Of a stretch of DNA of 64,000 nt, positions 1-9,634 are shown piece by piece (position 1 is the first letter of the stretch; every line of letters starts with the position of its first letter). A program made the translations under genes and the position numbers. The stretch comes from a bacterium. Its GTDB lineage: Bacteria; Electryoneota; Electryoneia; Electryoneales; Electryoneaceae. The stretch lies in the NCBI GenBank assembly GCA_963675295.2, contig CAXXKJ010000002.1:1248001-1312000 (forward strand), in the 5' to 3' direction. The notes beneath the pieces are model-generated. The model was given only the letters and a program-made list of their open reading frames with translations. It had not been told where the DNA came from and ran no database searches.

Positions 1-1
1 C

Positions 2-646
2 TCGTTCGTCGAAATCTCCGACACCGGGGCCGGCATGTCGCAGGAAACGATCAACAAGATGTTCGATCCATTCTTCACGACCAAGTTTACCGGCCGTGGT
101 CTGGGTCTGGCGGCGGTACTCGGGATCATTCGCAGCCATGGGGGCGCGATCAAGGTCTACAGTGAAGTCGGTAAGGGTACGACCATCCGGGTGCTGCTGC
201 CAGCCAGTGGTGAGGAGCAGATCGAAGAGTTGAACGACTTGAGCGCTGGTGAGGCTGTGTTTACCGGACCGGCGACGGTGCTGGTTGTGGACGACGACGA
301 AACCGTCCGTCAGGTCGCGCAGATGATGCTCGAAGGCCAGGGCTTCACCGTGTACACCGCAGAAGACGGGCAAGACGGCATCGACGTTTACCGTGAACAC
401 AGCGACGAGATCTCACTGGTCATCCTCGACATGACCATGCCGCGGATGGATGGCGAGCAGGCCTTCCAGCATCTGAAGGAACTTGACCCGAACGTACGCG
501 TGGTTCTGTCGAGTGGGTACAATGAGCAGGAAACGATGTCGCATTTCAACGGCGAAGGCTTGGCTGGATTCATCCAGAAGCCGTATCAGATGCATGAGCT
601 GATCGGACGTGTCCGGCAGGCCCTGGAGAAGCAGACGGACGGCTAG
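2..646 (+). CDS. Hybrid sensor histidine kinase, C-terminal part (HATPase + receiver); 5'-truncated by window edge
   Basis: Frame open from base 2 ([12 protein letters not shown]); [17 protein letters not shown]-box; receiver motifs [25 protein letters not shown]. Confidence 0.92.
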   Translation, partial: SFVEISDTGAGMSQETINKMFDPFFTTKFTGRGLGLAAVLGIIRSHGGAIKVYSEVGKGTTIRVLLPASGEEQIEELNDLSAGEAVFTGPATVLVVDDDETVRQVAQMMLEGQGFTVYTAEDGQDGIDVYREHSDEISLVILDMTMPRMDGEQAFQHLKELDPNVRVVLSSGYNEQETMSHFNGEGLAGFIQKPYQMHELIGRVRQALEKQTDG

Positions 647-812
647 GGAACAGGTTTTATCCCATACTTAGCTGGTGTTGGACCCTGTTTGTGCCAGGCT
701 GAGGGTGGGACGTGACAAGTCAGGATATAGCTGGCAGAGGATTCAGAGCACGCGAAAGCGTCTTCATGCAAGACGCGAAAGTCGCGCTAGCAGCTAACGG
801 GAAAGCTGCGAA

Positions 813-839
813 GACCCGTCCGCAAGGGCGGGTTTTTCT
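813..839 (+). terminator. Intrinsic terminator
   Basis: ACCCGTCC-GCAA-GGGCGGGT hairpin followed by a T-tract. Confidence 0.75.
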
Positions 840-864
840 GTGTTGGCCGAGGCCGGTTTAGCTT

Positions 865-914
865 CCGCAGCCCGCAGCCCGCAGCCCGCAGCCCACAGCC
901 CGCAGCCCGCAGCC
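865..914. repeat. Heptamer tandem repeat (CCGCAGC) x ~7
   Basis: Directly visible; other intergenic heptamer runs at ~12400, 13243, 14586, 20124, 20333, 43575, 43911, 62880, 63132. Confidence 0.9.
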
Positions 915-919
915 AATTG

Positions 920-1369
920 TCACACCAGCCCGATCAGCGTGATGCCGGGGTTGTGGCGTTTGTAATCGTGGTCGGCTTCGAGTTCCGGGTAGCGTTTCAG
1001 GAACCAGCGGCCTTTCTCGCCGTGCAGGTCGAACTCCTCGCCCGCCAGCCAGCCGAGGATCGCGCCCTGTTTCTCCATCTTGCGCAGTGATTGCCGCAGC
1101 TTCGAGCGCAGCACACCGCCCTGTCCGGACGATCCGTACCCGTGGATGACCTTCAGCACACGCGCTTTCGCCTGCCGGGCGGTCTGGATCTCGACACGCA
1201 TTCGTTCGCGCGCGACGTCGGCGGTGGGCATGTCGCCCTTGACGTTCACCTCACGCACCAGCGCCGTGCGCTTCTTGCGTGCGGGACGTGCGCCGCCCAG
1301 CTCCGCGCCGCAGAATTCGCAGCGGGACTTGGAGGAACTGGTCGGATTTCCGCAAACGGGGCAGTCCAT
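920..1369 (-). CDS. Smr/MutS2-domain protein with N-terminal zinc ribbon
   Basis: CPVC...CEFC, then VLKVIHGYGSSGQGGVLR and NPGITLI Smr motifs; ATG at 1369 preferred. Confidence 0.85.
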   Translation of the reverse strand: MDCPVCGNPTSSSKSRCEFCGAELGGARPARKKRTALVREVNVKGDMPTADVARERMRVEIQTARQAKARVLKVIHGYGSSGQGGVLRSKLRQSLRKMEKQGAILGWLAGEEFDLHGEKGRWFLKRYPELEADHDYKRHNPGITLIGLV

Positions 1370-1635
1370 CAAATGCGCTGTGGTTAGATTCGTATTCAGG
1401 CCAGCAAGGCAATCGCCACCCGTTCTCTTCACGACTCGTTCTCTTCACAATACGGGCGACTCTCCCACGACCGCCGTGGAACGGCGGCGCAAGTTAGCGT
1501 GTGGCTTCAGCCACACGGGACTGGGCGACCGCGACCATCTCTTGTAGATGCTACGAGCGTCCTGTAGGGACGCAGCAATTCACGTCCCTTTGACCAATAT
1601 AATGGAAGAATTTCGTCGTGGCGGGATGAAACAAC

Positions 1636-2088
1636 TCAGACGTCAAACTGGCGCAGGTGGTGCTCGAAATGCCGGCCCATGAATTTCGTCCACTGCTGCA
1701 TCGTCAACGGGCCGAACAGGGGGCTGGCGACGGTTCGGTTCGGATTTTCCTTCGCCTCGCGCACGAATTTCTGCATTGTATTCAGCAGCATCCGCCGTTC
1801 CGGTTCGCCCTCATGGGTTTCCGGGAAGAAGTATCCGGGCGATTTCATCCCGCGCGGCCACGGCAACGGCGAGTGCATGATCTTGCCGGACAGCCGTGTG
1901 ATCCACGTACTGCGATCCGGTTCCGGGTAGTCGCCGAGCGCGAGCTCGATGGACCGGCGCAGGTGGGCGAACATCTGGGTCGCGTCCATCCCGCCCCAAA
2001 TCGGGCGACGGTTCAACGGGATCGATTCCACCCGTCGCAGGTAGCGTTCGATGTGATCCACATCCAGCGGTTTGAACCGCACCAGCAT
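1636..2088 (-). CDS. DinB-like / DUF1569 family protein
   Basis: WGGMDATQMFAHL and PLFGPLTMQQW...HFEHHLRQF motifs; AGAAGGA RBS before ATG 2088. Confidence 0.8.
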   Translation of the reverse strand: MLVRFKPLDVDHIERYLRRVESIPLNRRPIWGGMDATQMFAHLRRSIELALGDYPEPDRSTWITRLSGKIMHSPLPWPRGMKSPGYFFPETHEGEPERRMLLNTMQKFVREAKENPNRTVASPLFGPLTMQQWTKFMGRHFEHHLRQFDV

Positions 2089-2197
2089 GAAAGGTGTCCT
2101 TCTGCAGTGACCGAATCTCGCCCCGCAATGTACACGCATCACTTTCGCTGACAAAAGTGTTAGGGTTGGCGTAATCGGTCCCCGGCGCCCTCATGGG

Positions 2198-2441
2198 ATG
2201 CCACGACATTCATGTCGTGGAATATCTCACGTCACATGCTGCAGAACCATGTGCCCCTGATGGCTCCGCCAGCAGGGATTGTCCGCCTACAGAAAATCCG
2301 CGTTGTCGGAGCCAAGACGGGCAAGAGTGAACCACTTTTGGATCGTCCGTGTCTGCAAGCGGACACGGGCACTTCCGTCATGTACGACATTCATGTCGTG
2401 GCTACTCAGACTTGGACGTGCCCCAGACATTCATGTCTGGG
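2198..2441. repeat. Cluster of REP-like hairpins (classes A, B, C)
   Basis: CCACGACAT-TC-ATGTCGTGG (2201, variant 2380); GTGCCCCTGATGGCTCCGCCAGCAGGG (2251); inverted RAYT-type REP (2344-2372); GTGCCCCAGACATTCATGTCTGGG (2418). Confidence 0.85.
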
Positions 2442-2491
2442 CCCATCCGTCGACCGTAGCCCTGTGTTCCGCACACCTCACACCTTAACAA

Positions 2492-4405
2492 TCACACCTT
2501 CTTCAGTTCTACCGCAAGTTGCGTCACCAGGTGGTCCAGCCGTCGCACGACCGCCTTGACCGTTTCCGGGTCGTTGAGATCGACGCCGGCGCGTTTCAAG
2601 AGTTCCATCGGGTGGTCGCTGCCGCCGGACTTGAGCAACGTCAGGTAGCGGTCCACGACTTCGGCCTTCTCCGTGTCGCCGGACGCCGACTTCATCGCGT
2701 CGAAGATCGCCGCCGAGGACGCGAAGCTGGTCGCGTACTGGTAGACGTAATACGGGCTGTGGAAGAAATGCGGGATGCGTGCCCAGGTGACGTGATACAA
2801 CTCTTCGTGGTCAATGGCGTCGCCGTACCACTCGGTGAGGATGCCGTGGTAGATGTCGCCTAGTACGTCGCTGGTGATCGGCTGCCCGGCCTCCGCCAGC
2901 TTGTGCGCTTCGAGCTCGTAATTGGCGAACAGAGACTGGGTATAGAACGTTCCGGCGATGGTGTCGATCGCGTGCTGCAGCAGCATGATCCGCTGTTCGG
3001 GTGAGGTAGCGTCCGCCAGCAACTGATCGAGCAGCAAGGCTTCGTTCAATGTGCTCGCGACCTCCGCGACGAAGATCGTGTAGCCGGCGTAGGTGAAGGG
3101 CTGGTTCGCGTCCGACAGCTCGGAGTGCATCGCGTGGCCCATCTCATGGGCGAGGGTGAAGACATCGTCCAGCGTGCCGTTGTAGTTCATCAGGATGTAC
3201 GGGTGCACGCCGTACACACTCGCCATGTACCCGCCGGACCGTTTCCCCTCGGTCTCGTAGACATCCACCCAACGATGCTTGAACGCCTCACGCACATGGT
3301 TCTGGTAGTCCTCGCCGAGATGCGCGACGGAGCTGACAATGTGCTGCGTCGCTTCGTCGAAGGTGTAGCGCGTGTCGTGGTCGATCAGCTGTGCGAAACC
3401 GTCGTAGAGGTAATAGTTGTCGAGGCCGAGGGTCTGCTTGCGCAACTGGTGGTAGCGGCGTAACGGCTTCATCCCGTCTATCGCTGCCTCGACCAGCGTG
3501 TGCACGACTGAGGTCGGGATCGCGTGACGGTGCAATTTGCGTTCGAGCACGCTGCCATACCCACGAGCCCGCGCGTTAAACCAGCCGCGTTGCAGGACGC
3601 CGTTGTAGATCGCGGCGTAGGTGTTGCCGAACTGTTTGTAGAGATTGAAATGAGCCTGGAAGACCGTCTGCCGGTCCTCCTGCTTCGGCAACGTGCGCAG
3701 CAGCGAGGAATAGGTGCCGGGGGTGACACGACGAGTGGACCCGTCCGACAGCTCAACCTCGGGGAAGGTCGCGTCCGCCGTGGTCAGCATGGAATAGGTT
3801 TGCGACGGCGACGCGCCGAATTTCGCCGCCAACGCCAGCAGGTGCTCGCCCTTTTCGTCGAGCACGTGTTCCGCCTGACGGAACAGCTCATCGAGGTGGA
3901 ACTTGTACAACGCGAGGTCGCTGTTTTCCTGCAGCCACTGGTTGACCGTTTCCTGCCCGATCTCGATCAGTTCCGGGTCGAACCACGAGGTCGCCGCCGA
4001 GTACCGCGCGGCGAGGTCTTCGACCTGTTGCCGGCGGGCGTTGATCTCGTTGTTCCGCTGGTCGAGGTCGAACGCCAGCCCCGGGTAGTACCACACCCGG
4101 TCGAACAACCGGCCGGCGTCGTCGGACAGCTTGAGGAATCCAAGCAGTTTCTCGGCGCCCTGGGTGATCGTACCCTGAAACGCGGCCAGCTGGCCGACAA
4201 ATGTCTCCAGCTTTTCCCGGTCCTGCTCCCAACCGGACCAGTCGTCGTAGATGTCGTTCAGGTTCCAGGTGTAACGTGGATCGATCTCACCTCGCGCGCG
4301 TGGACCGCTCTCGATTGCGGGGGACTGGCTGTGGAATGCAACTGGGACTCGCATGGTCTTTTCCGGTAAGCTGGCTGCCGAATTGTGGCTGTATCTTGTC
4401 GTCAC
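2492..4405 (-). CDS. pepF: Oligoendopeptidase F (M3B)
   Basis: GKRSGGY, HPYILMNY, TLAHEMGHAMHS, AEVAS, WARIPHF, YYVYQYA; true start may be 4354. Confidence 0.95.
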   Translation of the reverse strand: MTTRYSHNSAASLPEKTMRVPVAFHSQSPAIESGPRARGEIDPRYTWNLNDIYDDWSGWEQDREKLETFVGQLAAFQGTITQGAEKLLGFLKLSDDAGRLFDRVWYYPGLAFDLDQRNNEINARRQQVEDLAARYSAATSWFDPELIEIGQETVNQWLQENSDLALYKFHLDELFRQAEHVLDEKGEHLLALAAKFGASPSQTYSMLTTADATFPEVELSDGSTRRVTPGTYSSLLRTLPKQEDRQTVFQAHFNLYKQFGNTYAAIYNGVLQRGWFNARARGYGSVLERKLHRHAIPTSVVHTLVEAAIDGMKPLRRYHQLRKQTLGLDNYYLYDGFAQLIDHDTRYTFDEATQHIVSSVAHLGEDYQNHVREAFKHRWVDVYETEGKRSGGYMASVYGVHPYILMNYNGTLDDVFTLAHEMGHAMHSELSDANQPFTYAGYTIFVAEVASTLNEALLLDQLLADATSPEQRIMLLQHAIDTIAGTFYTQSLFANYELEAHKLAEAGQPITSDVLGDIYHGILTEWYGDAIDHEELYHVTWARIPHFFHSPYYVYQYATSFASSAAIFDAMKSASGDTEKAEVVDRYLTLLKSGGSDHPMELLKRAGVDLNDPETVKAVVRRLDHLVTQLAVELKKV

Positions 4406-4514
4406 TGCGGTGGCAAGGAGGCTCCCGCGAATCCCGGGAACAAGCCGCCGCCGCGGGAATGCACGGACTCCCGAGGTTTATCGTGCGTCAATCTGACCCT
4501 GACACGAGGCAGCG

Positions 4515-5219
4515 ATGGACTCGTTCCCCTTCACCGTGATCGACCTTACCCACCCGATCGGCCCGGAGACACCCCAGTGGCCGGGCGATCCAGACACCCG
4601 CCGTGAACCGCACGCCGGCCTGCCATCCCACGGCTACGCATTGAACGCGTGGCGGATCGGTGAACACACCGGGACGCATCTCGGCGCGCCGGGGCATCGT
4701 GTCCGGGACGGCGCAACAGTTGACCAGCTGACGGCGGATCAATTGGTCTGTCCGCTGGTGGTGGTCACGGCCGGGTTGCGCGCGGAAGACGGGCTGATGG
4801 TGACGGTCGCGGATCTGCTGGCGTTCGAAACGAAACACGGCGCGATCCCGGCGGGGGCGTGTGTCGCGTTGCATACCGGATGGGACAGGCGTTGGCCGGA
4901 TGCGAACCGGGTGTTCGAGCGCGGTACAGACGGCGGTTTCCTCTGGCCGGGCTGGTCACCGGAGGCGGTGGAGTGGCTGGTGGGTGAACGCAAGGCCGGG
5001 GTGATCGCCACCGACGCGCCCGACATCGGTGCGGGGGATGACAGCGACCTCACGGCCGGGTTGGTCTGCGCCGAACACGGGTTGCTGCATGTGGAAAACC
5101 TGGCGAACCTCGTCCGTGTGTCACCGTGTGGCTCGTTTATCGTCCTCGGCGCTCTGCCGTTTCGAGACGGTTCGGGCAGCCCCGTCCGCGCACTCGGGCT
5201 AACGCCGAACACTCCATAA
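4515..5219 (+). CDS. Cyclase / kynurenine formamidase family metal hydrolase
   Basis: IDLTHPI, EHTGTHLGAPGH, HVENLANL, DGSGSPVRA. Confidence 0.88.
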   Translation: MDSFPFTVIDLTHPIGPETPQWPGDPDTRREPHAGLPSHGYALNAWRIGEHTGTHLGAPGHRVRDGATVDQLTADQLVCPLVVVTAGLRAEDGLMVTVADLLAFETKHGAIPAGACVALHTGWDRRWPDANRVFERGTDGGFLWPGWSPEAVEWLVGERKAGVIATDAPDIGAGDDSDLTAGLVCAEHGLLHVENLANLVRVSPCGSFIVLGALPFRDGSGSPVRALGLTPNTP

Positions 5220-5474
5220 ACCACGGAATACACGGAATAAACGGAAAGAAAAACAACATCAAAACCTCTGAGTCCACGAAAGACACGAAAAAAAACGAAA
5301 ATAAAACCTGAAAAAATATTTAAACAAATAATAAGATAGATATAACTGGAAACTAGGTGGTATGGAATTTTAGCATCTAGTAGTTTCTGTTATCTTTTCT
5401 TTCGTCTTTTTTCGTGCCTTTCGCGGTAAGAGAGAGGTGTTTCAGTTTCCGTTTATTCCGTGTATTCCGTGGTT
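5219..5474. repeat. AT-rich nested inverted-repeat element (MITE-like)
   Basis: Perfect 29-bp IR AACCACGGAATACACGGAATAAACGGAAA (5219-5247 / 5446-5474) with further nested IRs inside. Confidence 0.8.
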
Positions 5475-5489
5475 AAGCGTCTGTTGTGT

Positions 5490-5685
5490 AGAGAGAGAAG
5501 CGGCCCGAGGGGGGGACTCGGACCGCGAGGGGATGCCTCATGCGAGGCATATGGCTGGGTTTCCCCAACCAAATCCAGGTACTTGAGTGCCACTTCTGTT
5601 TCATGCATGAGGGGGGACATGCACGAGATGAAGCCAAGAGATTTCAACCATTCTGCGGAGGTCAGGTTGTTCTGAAACACTCACC
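5490..5685 (-). ncRNA. Candidate sigma54-dependent sRNA with C-rich loops
   Basis: -24/-12 promoter immediately upstream, several hairpins, terminator-like stem at 5500-5526 with pyrimidine tail, no credible ORF. Confidence 0.5.
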
Positions 5686-5694
5686 CGGATAAGT

Positions 5695-5711
5695 AGCAAC
5701 TAACATGCCAA
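5695..5711 (-). promoter_or_regulatory. Sigma54 (-24/-12) promoter
   Basis: Minus strand TTGGCATGTTAGTTGCT fits TGGCAC-N5-TTGC with exact GG/GC spacing. Confidence 0.65.
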
Positions 5712-5825
5712 AGTTGAGTTTTCGCGTCAATGGTGGGTTCCTGGACCGGGGGGTGGGAAACTTGTCTTGAAAGGATACAATCGCTACGTTTCTCCACCAT
5801 CACAGGGGAGGGGAGGATTCGCGAG

Positions 5826-6890
5826 ATGAAACAGAATCGCAGGGAGTTCATCGGCACCTCTGCCGCGGTTGCGGCGGGGCTGACATTATCGTCCGGCTTG
5901 CCACAGGTTGCGCGGGCGAAAGGCATGACCGAATCCCGCACCGGTCGTGGTCCGATCGCGGTGGCTTCGGGGAACGGGGTCGAGGCGGTGCGTCGCGCGG
6001 TGGAAGGGATGACCTCGGGCGAGGACGCGCTCGACGCTGCCATCGCTGGGGTGAACATCGTCGAAGCTGATCCGGACGACATCACCGTCGGGTACGGCGG
6101 CCTGCCCAATGAACTTGGCGTGGTCGAACTGGACAGCGCGGTGATGCACGGCCCGACGCATCGTGCCGGCGCGGTCGCCAGCATCCGCAACATCATGCAC
6201 CCCTCGAAGGTGGCGAACCTGGTGCGTAAGACCACCGATCACGTGTTGCTGGTTGGCCAGGGCGCGCTCGATTTCGCGAAGATGCACGGCTTCAAGGAAC
6301 AGGATCTGCTCACCGACAAGTCCCGTGAGATCTGGCTGTTGTGGAAGCAGAAGATGTCGGACGCCGACGACTGGCTTCCGCCGCCGAAGGAGGAGGTCGA
6401 TCCGGGCCTGTGGAACATGGTCGAACGTTGGACCGGCACCATCCACCTCAGCGCGCGCGACACCTCGGGCGACATGTCCTGCGTCACCACCACAAGCGGC
6501 CTGTTCTTCAAGATTCCGGGCCGGGTTGGCGACAGCCCGATCATCGGCGCCGGCTTGTACTGCGACAACGACTACGGCACGGCGGGCTCGACCGGACGTG
6601 GCGAGGCCAATCTGCAGAATCTCTGCAGCTACCAGGCGGTGGAGTTCATGCGGCAGGGACTGGGCCCGACCGAAGCCGGGCTCGAGGTGCTGAAACGTGT
6701 CGCGGAAACGACCAAACGCGCCGACCTGCTGGACGAACAGGGCCGGCCCAACTTCGGCCTCAGCTTCTACCTGATCGACAAGCAGGGCCGGTACGGTGCC
6801 GCGACCATGTGGGGACCGTCCGAGTATGCCGTCGCCGACGCCGACGGGGCCCGCAAGGAAGAAGCGGCGTACCTGTTCGAACGCGACTAA
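5826..6890 (+). CDS. Tat-exported N4-(beta-N-acetylglucosaminyl)-L-asparaginase (Ntn hydrolase)
   Basis: NRREF twin-arginine signal; VGYGGLPN, ELDSAVM, TGTI, KIPGRVGDSPIIGAG, STGRGE; GGAGG RBS. Confidence 0.92.
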   Translation: MKQNRREFIGTSAAVAAGLTLSSGLPQVARAKGMTESRTGRGPIAVASGNGVEAVRRAVEGMTSGEDALDAAIAGVNIVEADPDDITVGYGGLPNELGVVELDSAVMHGPTHRAGAVASIRNIMHPSKVANLVRKTTDHVLLVGQGALDFAKMHGFKEQDLLTDKSREIWLLWKQKMSDADDWLPPPKEEVDPGLWNMVERWTGTIHLSARDTSGDMSCVTTTSGLFFKIPGRVGDSPIIGAGLYCDNDYGTAGSTGRGEANLQNLCSYQAVEFMRQGLGPTEAGLEVLKRVAETTKRADLLDEQGRPNFGLSFYLIDKQGRYGAATMWGPSEYAVADADGARKEEAAYLFERD

Positions 6891-6949
6891 GGGAGGTCTA
6901 GCCGCGATTGACGGAGTGCCAGCGGTACCGTTTGCCCCTGAGACTAGAC

Positions 6950-7320
6950 GTGCCCCAGGCATTCATGTCTGGGGTCATCCGCCAAAATGCTCCGCAACCG
7001 TACGTGCCCCTGTGACCCGCCGGTCAGTTTCGGCGGTTCGCAGGGGTAATTTCATGCTGCACCCCGTTATAAACCAGGGACAGACGGTAGAATTTGTGTG
7101 AAATATGGAACGTAAAAACCACCGTCTGTCCCCGATTAAAACCCCGTTGAGGCGAAGGACGGGTGGTCGATCTGTGGTGATGCCACCCCGTTGGGGTGGG
7201 ACTGGGGCGGAAGGGTTGGGGAACAGGGGGGGGCCGATCCTGTCCCCGGGTTGTCACCCGGAGCTAGTCAGATTCGACCCCTTCGGGGTCTACATCCGAC
7301 ACGTCCTCGGGCTTCAGTCC
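6950..7320. repeat. Cluster of REP-like palindromes
   Basis: Class B (6950-6974), class D (7004-7046), GGGACAGACGGT...ACCGTCTGTCCC IR (~7077-7133), GACCCC-TTCG-GGGTC hairpin. Confidence 0.75.
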
Positions 7321-7427
7321 GGGTTGGTCCACCGCCGGCCAAATCTGAGATAGGCCGGCCTCACACGTTGCGTACCGACCTGCTGTATTGACAGATTATA
7401 ACATGCACCTCAACACGTAACAGGACA

Positions 7428-9197
7428 ATGACACACAACCGTTCATCAACTTTCCCCCGATTCCCTCACCTCGCCGTGTTCACGTTGACACTGATGGCGA
7501 TGTTTTTCTTGCCGTTCCCGACCTCTGCCCAATGGTCTGGGGAGGGTGTTCTGCTGGTAGATCGAGGTCCGTTGTCAACGGACATGTGCCCGGACGGTCA
7601 AGGTGGACTGTGGTATGCTCAGCTTGCTACGGATCCTGTTGTTCAGCAGGTTGTCGTCCAGCATCTCGACAGCGAGGGATACCGGTCCTTTGATTTGCAG
7701 GGGATTCCCGTGGCGCGGGATTCGACGCACTACCTGTGTGGAATTCAGCCTGGTCCGGATGGTGATTGCATTGTTATGTATTCGCGTGGCTACCTCGACA
7801 ACCAGGAAGTGATCTATGATATTTACGCGCAACGGATCACCCAGCAGGGCGAACTCTTGTGGGGTGAGTTGGGCCTGGATATCAGTACCCATAGCCACAC
7901 ACACAAAATACCGTTGAGCTTCCTCGGCCATTGGACACTCTCCGATGGCGCTGGTGGATTGTGGGGGGTCTGGTGCATGGGTGTTGGCTACTACAACGCC
8001 TTCGTGTGTGGTGTCAACGCCGATGGCACACTGAAGTGTCCGGACGGCGATCTCCATGTTGGATTCGCTACTAACAATCTATTAACCTGCGAATTTGTTG
8101 ACGATGGCGCGGGGGGCATGGTCGTCCTTTACGGTACAGATGCTGACGGCTAATGGGGAGTTCGGCACATCTATGCCCAGCGAATCCTTGCTGATGGATC
8201 CACGTTGTATGATGACGCGTTGCTGGTAATGGACAAACCTCTGGGCAATGCTTTTGTTTATGGCACATGGCAAGACATCTATCTTCGCCGTGATCCCCAA
8301 GGTGGGTATGCGATCACCACACCGATCTATTGGCAGCGGCTTTCTGATGATCTCGTTCCGCAATGGGCGATCGAAGGTGTTGAGGTATATAATACCTGGG
8401 AGCCAACCTGGCACTATCGTGGTGATCAATCCAGCCCAGTAATCCTTGCGGATCGCACTGTACAACAACTCTGCCTTGACAGCCGTCATGCCCGCCCTCG
8501 TTTTGAACAACTGCTGCTGGATGGCACACGCCGTCACGGGACAGACTGGGGACCTGCCGCAGGTGACAGTACCGTCGAACAATACTCACCGGGACCGGAT
8601 TTGCTCTCTCCTGATGGTGAATCGGTCATTTGCTATTACAAAGGCGCTATTGGTTTCGAGGATTATCAAGAATTCCTGGTTCAACGGATCACACCGGATG
8701 GTGATAATATCTGGCCCCAAATCACAGTTCTTGGTGTTGATAGTTTTTCTTACGGAGTTAAGGAGTATGCTGGTTTCTATCTCGATGATGAAAGTGTTGC
8801 ATATGTAGCTGGTAGTGTTGATCCCTATCGTAATTTCGCGTTCAAAGTCTATATTGACGATGGTTCCGTAGCTGGTGATAATGATGTAGCATCTTCGCCA
8901 GCAACCGCCATTCTCCCTTCAGATTCACCTGTCCTGATTAGCAATGCCTATCCGAATCCGTTCAACAGCAGCATCGCTCTGACGATCTCGGTTCGCGATC
9001 CGGGTGTTTACGACCTCATCGTCCGCAATGTATTGGGACAGACACTCCACCGTGAAGCAGTGGACAGCCGCACGCCCGGCGAATTCGTTCAGACCCTGAC
9101 CCTGCCGGACGGGTGCGCGTCGGGGATCTACTTCCTCACGTTGCAGCACACGGATGGCCGCAACCTGAGCCAGAAGAAGGTCGTGTATCTGCGGTGA
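7428..9197 (+). pseudogene. Secreted repeat protein with C-terminal sorting domain, interrupted by in-frame TAA (8151-8153)
   Basis: ORFs 7428-8153 and 8205-9197 share a frame; the gap reads WGVRHIYAQRILADGST, matching the upstream DIYAQRIT repeat; signal peptide and AYPNPFN tail. Confidence 0.8.
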
Positions 9198-9219
9198 TGT
9201 GGATGGTTTTGGCCATCAT

Positions 9220-9393
9220 GTGCCCCAGGCATTCATGTCTGGGATACTCCGCGCCATGTGCCCCTGAACCATGTGACCCATGAGCCATGTGCCCCTGATG
9301 GCTCCGCCAGCAGGGGTCATCAGAGGATCGGATACAATTCGTTGAATGGTGCCTGTGATTGTCCGCCGGTCTGTTTCGGCGGCTATCGCGGGT
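9220..9393. repeat. Cluster of REP-like hairpins (classes B, C, D)
   Basis: GTGCCCCAGGCATTCATGTCTGGG 9220; GTGCCCCTGATGGCTCCGCCAGCAGGG 9289; CCGCCGGTCTGTTTCGGCGG-core hairpin 9349. Confidence 0.8.
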
Positions 9394-9634
9394 TATCTGC
9401 ATGGTTCCGTGGGACACCTGTCGGCACAGACCGTGTGGATTCCATCGGAACCTTCTGGGGTTGCCGTTCTACTCACACCAGTCCGCCCGTACCGAGTGCC
9501 GCCAGATGTCCCCCTGCAGAGTTTCCCCGGTATCACCATCGGCGGTACCGGGGGCTGTGCCGGGCGCCTGTCGAAACCCTACCTTACGTGCTTCGTTCAG
9601 CCGAGTTCATCAACCGTTTCAGCGTGATCCACCC

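Noticed and set aside
725-839. c-di-GMP-I riboswitch
   Set aside because: GNRA hairpins are present but the conserved P1/P3 pattern is not evident and no downstream co-directional gene exists
5453-5680. 75-aa ORF over the sRNA candidate
   Set aside because: GTG start almost at the predicted TSS, no RBS, and it runs through the terminator into the repeat element
8151-8153. In-frame TAA as programmed recoding
   Set aside because: TAA is not a Sec or Pyl codon and ends many genes here; there is no catalytic-motif context. Nonsense mutation or error is more likely
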